A stretch of 63,658 nucleotides of DNA, counting the filler, from Reticulomyxa filosa (taxonomy: Eukaryota > Protista > Foraminifera): assembly GCA_000512085.1 (NCBI GenBank). It is 18 parts of 18 records of this genome, joined end to end, with 100 filler letters (N's around TTAATTAATTAA, not from the genome) between each part and the next. Parts side by side here need not be neighbours in the genome. Positions count along the whole stretch, not along the records: positions 48,215 to 54,695 come from ASPP01002488.1; positions 54,796 to 55,805 come from ASPP01040769.1; positions 55,906 to 57,327 come from ASPP01002293.1; positions 57,428 to 63,658 come from ASPP01005532.1; 14 more parts are not named here. One strand, written 5' to 3'. The position numbers and the translations under genes were made by a program. The notes under the pieces are model-generated. The model did not search any database. It saw nothing but the letters and a program-made list of their open reading frames with translations, and was not told the DNA's origin. Shown piece after piece: positions 53,421-63,658 of this stretch (position 1 is its first letter; each line of letters opens with the position of its first letter).

Positions 53421-54796
53421 TTATGTTATTTATTTGACAGGCATCAAAGATTTGTTAATACAAATAAAAAACCCGCAATTTGAGTGCTTGGTACGCTGAG
53501 CCTGGCAAATGCAACGTTTTTCATTGCGTCACCTTGTTTGCTTTGTTTGTTCGTCTGTTTTTAAGTGACAACTTGAATGGGACTTAGTTACAACAAAATG
53601 CCTTTCTTGCAACTGTGTTAGGATTAATAGCTTGTCTTCTTTTTTTTAACTTTGTGCATGCACAATTGTTATTTTTTCTCTCACTTTGCACAGATTATTT
53701 AAATTGTGAGTTGCTGTCTTTCATTGAACATACTCTTATTTTAGAAGTTTGAATAAAAAACTGCTTTCATTAAGTTCTCTTTTTATTTTTAAAAAATAAC
53801 CTTTTTTCGGATTTAACCTGCCGACTGTAAAGCGGAAACTAGGAAATTCAGTTCAACTATGCAAGCCCCATTTTATTGCATGTCCAATTTATTAACTTTG
53901 AAGTTTGAATGCTTATCTTCGTTGATACTAATTTGCAACCGAAAGAACATGACCAAAGATTCGTCGTTTTATTCTGTATATCTTATCTCAGAGTATCCGC
54001 TCAAGTCATGAATCTTATTGCAATGTTCGCCTTGCCTGGTCAGTGTGTACAACGCTGGTCAAATCCGCATGTGTTCACAAGATGGAAAGAAGCACTTAAT
54101 TTTTTAATTTAAAAAGAAAAGTAGACTAAAGCATCATTGATACTTTTTGCAATTGTTTAAATTAAAGATGTGGAGGATGTAATAAATAAAAAGGATGGTA
54201 AGGATGTAAACAATTATTTGTGTGCGTGTGGAAAGAAAAGTTGTACCAATGCATAATGTACAATGTATGTTAAGAACAAACAAACAAAAAAAAGAGGCAG
54301 TTGAAGCAATCGAGAGCGAGATACGTGAAGAAAAAGTATAAGCGAATATAGCGATCTGATCCTTTCTGCAAACATGCATGCACGCAAAAAAAAAAAAAAA
54401 AAAAAGAAAAATTCCAGGAAAAAGTGTGTGAGTAATATTGATAGTGATATTTAACGGCAAATGCAAGAAAAGCGTGTCAATGTTGTCGCAATCATGTTTT
54501 CATTTAATTGTTCAATGTATGGTTCCATTACGTTTATCGGCACAAATGAAATTTGTCCCAAGCAATGTCTCAGCGGATACACACACACACACACACGAAA
54601 AGTGCAATGGATTAAAGTTTTGGGTATGTATGTTTATCTGTTAGTGCACCTCCTTTTCTTATTCTTCTTTTCTGCTTGAAACATTCATAGACCCANNNNN
54701 NNNNNNNNNNNNNNNNNNNNNNNNNNNNNNNNNNNNNNNTTAATTAATTAANNNNNNNNNNNNNNNNNNNNNNNNNNNNNNNNNNNNNNNNNNNNT

Positions 54797-55592
54797 CCAA
54801 GAATGGAATCAATTACAAGGATACATTGCCAACAATTGTCTGGAACTTGCTGTCAAATACAAAATGACAGATTACGAAAGAATTGTGGTACTGGCCAACG
54901 ATGCCTTTATCACCTTGTATGGGCCTCGTATACTCGTTTACAAAAATGCGTTGTCGAGACCTGATATTATTGAATTGAACAAGCAGACAAAGCGCATGTG
55001 CTTAAGTTTGGACTGTCATTATATTGTCTCGGAAGAAACAGAAGTAAATCTCGCAACGTCCAAAAAAAAAATAACCAAACATACTGACAAATTGCCGATC
55101 GTTGGAAAAATTGGTGTCAATGACGTGAGTTATGTGTATCAACTTGCTGATGACTCCAATAATGGGTCTGCTAACATATCACAGACTGGTCACTTTTTAC
55201 ATGGCTATCCTCCATCCTTTTTCAATGCCATTGCAAACAATAAATCCCTTATTCATCAACTATTCATAATAGCCTTGAAGCCACAATCATTTGTTAATTC
55301 AAATCCTCCCTTTTTCCGATCAAGCCTCGGATACCTCTCCTTCTGTTTCTTCGTCATCAAACCACGCCTTTCTAGTGACGTCCCTGTATTTGTAGCTGCT
55401 CAAATGTCGGAAGAGTCCATCCATTGGGTCGAATCGAAACAACTTATTGGCTCAAACATTGAAGCTTCTGCAAAGGTCAAATTAGAAATGGAACTTCAAT
55501 CCTTGGAAGAAATATTATATGGCATTGACGAAACAACAAAAGATATGAACATGCAATACATTTCACAATTGCATAAACTTTGTGAGATTTGA
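54797..55592 (+). CDS. Hypothetical protein fragment (no family recognised)
   Basis: Open frame of ~265 codons from the contig edge with protein-like composition; coding-like sequence continues past the stop, so it may be a pseudogene. Confidence 0.5.
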
Positions 55593-55905
55593 TATATTCA
55601 AGGAATCTACAAATCATCACAAGAAAGTATTACATGTTCGTATCTTTAGTAGGAGTATATACAAGTGAAACAAGCAACGTCCAACTATTTATATCAACTG
55701 TAAATAGTGAACAATGCTTTATATCAATTGCCAATATGTCAGTATCGTTTTTTTTAAAGTATTGAGATTTAATGTTAAGTAATGTGTGTTATATACTCTT
55801 TATTTNNNNNNNNNNNNNNNNNNNNNNNNNNNNNNNNNNNNNNNNNNNNTTAATTAATTAANNNNNNNNNNNNNNNNNNNNNNNNNNNNNNNNNNNNNNN
55901 NNNNN

Positions 55906-56275
55906 CATCAAATGTTGAATAATCAATACTATACACCCAATCAGTATGTCCAGTGAATGTATTGATTAATTTGGATGAACGAAATGTGTCAAACATGAAT
56001 ACAGTAGATGCCTATGTTAAATAAACATTTGAATATTTTTGTTAGTATTTAAAAAAAGAAAAAACAAATGAGCTGACATAATTGACAACGAGTTTGTCAA
56101 AATCTTTGATCCATCCTAATTGAACGTTTAATGTTCGAATCCAATGATGAATAATGATTTGGATCTCTTCTTCTTCTTTTGACTTTTTTAATTACATGTA
56201 ATAACGCTAAATAAAAGAAATAATAAAACGTAAAGACAACTTAGACTTAACTTTGATTGATAAGTTTAAGTTCAT
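55906..56275 (-). CDS. WD40-repeat gene, 5' exons only
   Basis: Exon 56182-56078 SKEEEEIQIIIHHWIRTLNVQLGWIKDFDKLVVNY; next exon from 56011 ASTVFMFDTFRSSKLINTFTGHTDWVYSIDYSTFD. Confidence 0.85.
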
Positions 56276-56786
56276 TCTTGAGCTTTTTTTAGTTTTTCTT
56301 GATATGTTTTTTGATGACGCAAGATGAAAAAAATGGAACTCTTGTTTAAAAAAGGAAAAACTGAACTAAGATGTACACAAGAAAAATTTTGAAATGAAAA
56401 ACATATCTTATTTGTTTTTTTTAAAAATAGGATTGTTAATAAATAAAATTACAAATGTTGTGGGAATCATTTCGGGGAATCTTTTGTGTTGGTTGCTTGA
56501 TTTTTGATGATGTTAACGCATTTGTAATCGAACACGATCAAACAAAAGAAAAAAAAGTCAATTATCGGAGAGGAATAAGAACACCCAAAAAAAAAAAAAA
56601 AATTGTTCACAAAAGACTTGAAAGCGCAGAATAAAACGAAACAAAACAACAGTAACAACACACAAAAAGCACTGTTACAAACCTCAACTTTGTTTCTTTT
56701 TTTTTTTTTTCCTCTTTTGAGGGAAGCAAGACCACCCCCTTATGACGAAAAGACTGTACAATTGCATCATAAATGGGAAAGAAAAA

Positions 56787-57188
56787 TCATTTGGACTCGG
56801 CAGGTTTGGTTGCTTCAGCATCAGAAGGGAACAGCTTTGCCAAAACAGCACCAGTGCCATTCTTTTGATTGGCTTTCAAGGAAGAGTAATAAGCAGCTTT
56901 TTTTCCATCTTTGTTTGGAGTATTAACAATTTTGCCACGAATGTGTTCTGGCATGGCTTCCAACAAATCAGTAAGCGACAAATGAGCGTCTTCATTTTCA
57001 TTTTGGCAAATACAATGCAACACATGCAGCCCTTTGTTACTTGCATTTTGCCACAAGGATGGATCTTTCGGGATAAAGGGGATCATTGCCTTGATGCTGG
57101 GATAGGTCTGATAACGAGCTGCGAGCATCACCGGAGTCCATCCATCATTATTTTTTTCTTTTAGCAATTCACTGAAATTATTATACAT
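56787..57188 (-). CDS. Ankyrin-repeat protein, 3' exon
   Basis: NNDGWTPVMLAARY, NKGLHVLHCIC, VNTPNKDGKKA. Confidence 0.78.
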   Translation of the reverse strand: MYNNFSELLKEKNNDGWTPVMLAARYQTYPSIKAMIPFIPKDPSLWQNASNKGLHVLHCICQNENEDAHLSLTDLLEAMPEHIRGKIVNTPNKDGKKAAYYSSLKANQKNGTGAVLAKLFPSDAEATKPAESK

Positions 57189-57446
57189 TATATTTATTAC
57201 AAAGTATATTTAATACCCACTCTTTCCTTAACAAATGACCAAAGATATACCATTATATATGAATATATATGTATATATATATATATATAGACAAAACTCT
57301 CTCAAATAATTAGGAATGCCCTCAAGANNNNNNNNNNNNNNNNNNNNNNNNNNNNNNNNNNNNNNNNNNNNTTAATTAATTAANNNNNNNNNNNNNNNNN
57401 NNNNNNNNNNNNNNNNNNNNNNNNNNNAAAAAAAAAAAGGGTTAGT

Positions 57447-57707
57447 AACTGCAGCGGGAACGAGAGGACAAATTTGAAAACACCTGACACATAAAATCCT
57501 TGATGAGGAAATATAACACCGTGCCACTCGCGTACATTATCTGCGCTTGGTACAATGTAAATGCCTGAAATTGGTTTCTCAATTAAAACTTTGCTGTAGT
57601 ATAGTGTTGTTGTGTGTCGACACAAGCCCAAGCTATTTTAATTAAAGTTTACTGAACTACTCAATGATAAAGCGCAGATTCTTGATTTCATCGATAGAAC
57701 GTGCCAT
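57447..57707 (-). CDS. Ubiquitin-conjugating enzyme variant, AKTIP/FTS-like, 5' part
   Basis: MARSIDEIKNLRFIIE|YSKV..SGIYIVPSADNVREWHGVIF.HQG.Y..GVFKFVLSFP. Confidence 0.8.
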
Positions 57708-58085
57708 TTGTCGAATGTATTGTTAGTCAAATATAGAAAAATCAAACAACAACGTTCAAGTGAACGCGCATTTCCTTTTTCTTCTTAAATAATGTTAACC
57801 CGTTAATCGCTCTTTTCATATAGTTGATCAGACAAAAATTGAAACAAGTTTCTTTTTGAGTTTATTGTAAGCTAATTTGTTAAACAACTTGAGGATATTG
57901 AATGAATTTTGATAGTGGTCGAACATTTAGGACCCGGATATAGCAAGAAAAGTAAACCTTGACAAATATTACTTTTGTACATTACATTTTTGGACATGCA
58001 AGTCCAACAAGAGAAAAAAAATACTACTGCACAGAATTAAGCAGTTACCATTAATAATATCACAGTATTTTACAACAAAAAGTTC

Positions 58086-61000
58086 TTAAAATCTTGATTT
58101 CTGAACCCAACTAAATAAACAATCTTGAAAACATGATAGGCGATCATCATGACACTGAAAAACGCAGAAACGTATCCGACAGTAGTGAAAGAATTCGACA
58201 ATTGCGAGTTTGCAATATTCAACATTAATTGTGGTAGAGATTCTATTGCACAAAAAAAAATAACAACTAGTAAATATATTCAAAAAAAAAAAAAAACATA
58301 CCGCAAATGAGTTCACTGGTCGAATTTGAAGAGAAGTGATAAAATATGTATCAAGCAACACAAAATGATTAAGAGCAATTCTTTTTATGATGTAAAGAAA
58401 AAAAAAAAGTGTTTGTTGTAGAAAGAACCTGACAAAAAAGGAGTTATAAAGCTCCGTGGAAATGGTCAAGTTCTTAATGCATTGCGGCGCTAATCCATCG
58501 ATCCAAGAATATGTTCTGTTAAGCCAAAACGACTCATCCTTTTCTTCCATAATGAACACTGAGACTTTATGTTTTGGTGATGAAGACGGTTTATCTTCGG
58601 CAGCGGATCCTTGAGATTTCTCTGCATTGGAAATATCTTCAAGTTTGTCTTTGCCTTTTTTGCTGTCTTGGCGATTGAGTGAGCCCTTTTTCTCCAAATG
58701 CAATTCAATTTCGGCCTGAACACTGAGTACGATATCGCTCGGTTTATTTTCTTCGGTGTGTAGTCCATCGTAGTCTACAACCATTAAGCTCATCCACCAG
58801 TATCTTTTTGTTTATTTATTCATCTGCCGTTTGACTGTATCGATAATTCAAAACAGAGAAAAAAAAGTTGGACTGAACTGGATTTGTTTGATTGCAATAA
58901 GCTTGGTAAGTGCCAGGAAGGTTGATATACCAATGATAACTGAATAGTAAAATAACATGCAAATCGGCCACAAGATACACCGTAAATAGTAGCATGATTC
59001 TTCTAATCGCAGCCAGACATACTTGTAGACGTTTGGAGAGCCTAGTCAATAGGGACAAAGAAAACTTTAAATAAGCTATTCACGACAAAAAAAAAAAAAA
59101 AAAAAAATTGAAATTAACCAAATTGCTTCTGCAGTTGGCGTACTGCCGCGAATAAGGACCACAGCAATACAAGCGTTTCAGCAGCAAAGACCACGATGAC
59201 ACTCACTTGGACCAAAGGTGTGTACGAGGGATTTGCAAAGGCATAGACTGCGTCGGAGATGTAATCAAACATGCTATTATCCAAAAGCACATGGTACTCA
59301 CAATAATGCATTTATCAGAGGACATATGTATATAGGTATGAGTTACACAGATGGAAAGATACCCGAAAAAAAATGCAATACTGGTCAACAAGCCCTTTAT
59401 ATTTCCGTATACATTATCCATACACACACATAAGATTCTCTCCAATTAAAAAAATAAAAAAAATAAGGACACGCAATCTCTCAATGAAAAATAATCATAC
59501 CATATTTGTTTCCAAATTAGTCGGAGCACTTTTTGCAGCGACAGCGGGTTGTGACCGCAAAATAGCTTTTTTGTTTCTTAAATAGGTACATGACAGTCCA
59601 CTACCGGCCAAAAATATGGAAAATACAACTAATGCAATCAAAATTAAGGAGGTCTGATTCCAATCGGTGGAATACTCTTTACCAAAGGCACGTATGGCCC
59701 TGTGTCCCACTTGTGAACCTCTAACAAGCAAGGGAACAAACAATGCTGCACATGCGCATACTAAATGGCTAATACCAAACGTGATCGGTGTACGGTAAAA
59801 CAAATAGCCAAGAGTAGGGAAATAATACATGACACTGGTGAGCCCTCCCAAACATAATATCGACGATTGTGTCCACTCATACAAGTTTGATTTTATTTGT
59901 GCACCGTTGAAAAAGTTTGCAAAATAATCGTACTTTTGGTTGAGATGTGTGTGTGTTTTGGTTATGAATCTTCCGGTCACATAATATCCCAACAACCCCA
60001 ATTCCGCCAAACCCACACAAACACCAAATATCAAATACGTCCAAAACACAAACTTGCCCAATTGCGTGCGAAGATTATATCTTGCCACGGAATAGTATGT
60101 TTTTTTTTTTTTTTTTTTTGAACCATTTGTGCAAAGGGGTGAGAATTTAAAAAAAACCTTTTTCTTTTGCGTACAAGCAACGAATAATCATCAAGAAGAG
60201 ATCAAGAGAAAAAAGGAGGGAGAGAGGGAAAGAAGCCTTTTTATTTTTATAAAAAAAAAGTATAGATATAACTTGGATTCCACCATGTGGACACAACAGT
60301 AAAAACGACAACAGTGAACAAGACATAGTCGATGTCGGGAACAAGCAATAAACAGGTCCAAATACTCCAAAAGGTCAATGCACTTAAAATAGATTGAATA
60401 TTGAAGAATGTTTGTAATCTGACCATTCGACAGCAGCATTTTGTTCGTGTCATTTTAATGCGTCTTTTAATTTTCCTTTTTTTTTTTTTTTTTTTTTGCA
60501 ACGTGACGTATACTCAGGTTACAGTACATTTTGTTGCAACTAAAATAAAAAAAAAAAAAAAAAAGCCAATTTTGAAGAATAACGTACACTTTTTTGTGTT
60601 GGCTTTGCAAATTGGCCACATCTTCGGCAGAAGGAGCAATATCAGCATCGGCACCAACAATCAAATCTTTCTCTTTTGCAGCACCGAGCGGCGGAGCTGA
60701 AGGTGCGACAGTGACTGAGGGTGCGGCTGGTGCAGCGACAGCAGCAGGGGAATCATGTTGAGAAACTTCCATTTCCACTTCGACGACATCATTGAACAAG
60801 CCATCCATACCGGGACCTCCACGCAATCCACCCGTCAGAAAGCCTTCACCTTCGTCATTCCCCTCCATTAATAGCCAAGGCTCGTCACTCTGCTGTCTTT
60901 ATAAGACCTGTTCTCAGAACGTGGGGATATTGGCACACCACCAAAGCCAAGATCATCAAAGTACTGAGAAGTTCGAGGGTTGGAACTGGGATTGGGATTA

Positions 61001-63136
61001 TTGGGATTGGAATTGCTAGGCTGCAGCTCCAAGATCGGTACCACATTAACATCTTCTTTGGGTGGTATTGAGGATTGCGGTTGCAAGTGGTTCAATGCAA
61101 CTTTTGGATGATCCGCCGGCTGTTGCGAGCGAAGACGCGCGGCAATGGAACGTATCAATTTACGTCGAGTTGCATTTTTTCGGGTGTGGACATCTTTCTT
61201 GATTACCACAGTGATTACCATATACAACAATAAGCACCCGAAACCAAACGAAACAGTGTACAACATTCGAGGATCAACGACACGTCCAAGAGTGGCCCAA
61301 GTAAGTATTACAATGCCAATAAAAAACAATATCCATGCGACTTGATATGATCCATAATTTTGTGTATTTACACATACAAAAAAATGTATATACACCACTA
61401 ACATTTATGTACACACTACGCATACAAACACAAAAAAAAAAAGTCGTATTTAAATTAAACTTAAAGTGTATCGAATAAAAAAACCCAAGTGATAAGCCAT
61501 CAAATGCCCCCCTGACAATATGGCCATGAAAGCGCTGACCCCGGTAGGAATTAACAAACTACTCAAAGCGACGTGTTGCGAAAACATGTACCAAGTGTAA
61601 AACGCACAGCCACCAAGCATTATGCTTATCCAAATAATGCGACGAAACCCAACGCAAAACGTATCTACTTTGTAAACATCCACTTGTTCACCAGTCACGT
61701 TATCGTATTTTGGGTTCGATTTGTCACTTCCACATAATTGTGGACAACAGTGAGATTCATGCTGTATTAATCGTTGGTCTATTATTATTATTATTGTTAG
61801 TGTTATTATTTATTATCGTTATGTTATTATTGCCATTATTCACTCTTTTTTTCTTTCCCTTTCCAAAAAAAAAAAAAAACGTACCGCTGATCGGTGGAGC
61901 ATGGATCTCATCTTTGCCTTTCCTCCATAGGTTATTCCAATACATTGGGTTCAATACCAAGTGGTACCACATAAAAATCTGCAGACCAACTTGCAACGCA
62001 AGAAGACTATTATTGAGGTAGTAATAGACCAATAGAAATCCGAATAGCCAAAACATGGTAATACTTGTGCACATTAGCACCTGCGCTTGGACTAAGAATT
62101 GCGTGGAGTTTTCTCCAAATGTTATGTACTGTGACGGGTCGATCGCCGCATTCTTCGAACTTGCATTGATATTTAGACTTAGACTACTCGGCACTTGAAG
62201 CAGATTGGAAGCATTACCTCCAGCACTTTTGCTCCGGTCATTATGCAAAGATAGCGGCGTTTTCTTATTGCTGGAATCTTCATTTTCGTTACTTACCTGC
62301 AAATTATTGGCATGTGCTGCATTGCTATCGTGTTTGTTATCACTGTCATTATCGCCATTGTTTTCATTGCCGTTGTCTTTATTATTGTCATCATCATCAT
62401 CATCATCATCATTGCTATTGTTGTTATTTCCGACGTCATTATTCAAAAATGGCCTGTCTTGTATTTCCTCCTTTGGAAGATTTTGCAGTTGAAGTGCTGG
62501 TAGTCCTTCTGCTGGTCCCATGGAGCCTCCGATCTCTTTGTTTTGATTGCCCAAAGGTCTGTTCAGGTCACCCGCTGCCTGGGATACCTCCTCGCTTGCT
62601 ATACTTGTTTCCATCCTCACACTTGCCGGTAGTGCTATTGCTTCACCGACATAAGGACTTGTTTCTGGTAACTCTTCCATTTTTTGTGGTTGTGGTTGTG
62701 GCTGTGGCTCTGGCTGTGGCTCTGGCTGTTGTGGCTGTGCTTGTTGTTGTGGTCTGTGCTTGTTGTTGTGGCTGTGACTCTGACTCTACTCTGATTCTCG
62801 CTCAGGCTGTGGCTGCGGCTCTGGTTGTGGTATTTCTTTTTCTGGTTGATCTATTTGCACATCTTTTAAAGTATCACTTTTTTTTAGCAAATTTTCTATC
62901 GAGTCGTCGTCACTGCTCTCGTTTTCATGTTTTTTGTGTCGATCTTTTGCTTGACCACTAGCCTTGTCTTCCAAAGCAGGTTCCTTGCCTTTTGGTTCCT
63001 TATTTGCTTCTTCCCAGAAGCGTTGCAGAGATTCTTTATGTTCATGCTCTGCCTCTTGATGAGTCGCTGAGCTTTCACGAGACACTCGCGTATCTTCTTT
63101 ATCCACTTCTATTGCAGTGCTGGATTCTGACCTCAT
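58086..63136 (-). CDS. Large multi-exon polytopic membrane protein of unknown family with acidic/QP-rich N-terminus
   Basis: Chain of co-oriented exons with many hydrophobic segments; frame continuity is restored by single-base indels at ~62787/62754 and ~60899. It could be more than one gene. Confidence 0.6.
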
Positions 63137-63658
63137 TTTTGATGATAATCGTCACTTTCAAGTTCAAAACAAAAATGATTCCTCCTTTAATAAAACACAA
63201 AAGCCGTTTGCTCTGCTTTTCTTTAGTTCAAGCACACAAAGCAGAAATAAGAAAAATGTTTGCTCTTTTTGCTAACAAAAGAGAAATGATTTCGTGATGT
63301 GACAGATGATAAAAAGTCACCAATACGATATAAGGGAAAAAACAGGTTTGGAGATAGAAAAACCCAAACCTCAATAATACTTTTTGTGAAACACATAACC
63401 TTTTGACTGACACTTTTCAACATCAAAGTTAAAAAAATTTGGAGAAACGACTCACACAAAACGCATTTGTGATATTCATTGGCGCACTTCAAATTTTTCC
63501 AACTGCAGTTGTAACGTTATAAATAGCAGCCTGCAAAGATGAGGAAAATATATAATATATTTTTTTGTTTGCTTGTTTTGTGTTGTTTTACCTGAACATT
63601 TCGGATGGTATACTTGATATGATACTTTTTTGTTTTTTTGTTGTTTTTTTTTTTTTTT

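Noticed and set aside
4813-57707. Apparent cluster of ubiquitin-system genes (RING, UBA-MIB, E2 variant, WD40, Kelch)
   Set aside because: They lie on separate contigs joined artificially, so no physical linkage can be inferred.
62314-62961. 215-aa plus-strand ORF with poly-His and a hydrophobic stretch
   Set aside because: Antisense to the D/N- and QP-repeat exon of the membrane-protein gene.

Overview
AT-rich, intron-rich eukaryotic draft assembly. It consists of 18 short contigs joined by 17 identical artificial 100-nt linkers (44 N + TTAATTAATTAA + 44 N), so synteny cannot be inferred across linkers. Gene content and style (expanded WD40 and Kelch families, a caspase-like protease, many decayed genes, ND/N microsatellite-coded tracts) suggest a foraminiferan such as Reticulomyxa; this is inference, not verified. 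Recognisable genes: a multi-qRRM RNA-binding protein, SAM-RING, CTL/PNS1 transporter, SET-domain protein, TTLL ligase, acyl-protein thioesterase, FN3/coiled-coil protein, cytochrome-b5-fused desaturase, PB1-caspase, patatin, triple zinc-knuckle protein, Kelch protein, double ADF-H protein, double-core annexin with EF-hand, UBA + 4x MIB/HERC2 protein, two WD40 genes, an ankyrin fragment, an AKTIP-like E2 variant and a large orphan polytopic membrane protein. The most interesting signal is a ~33-aa helical module ('I..W.....GWI.[DE]F.[KR]hh..[YF]') encoded as its own phase-0 exon. It sits N-terminal to WD40 propellers and C-terminal to a Kelch propeller, and is a candidate lineage-specific adaptor 'box'. 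Splice signals are also unusual (GTT donors, A-rich acceptors).
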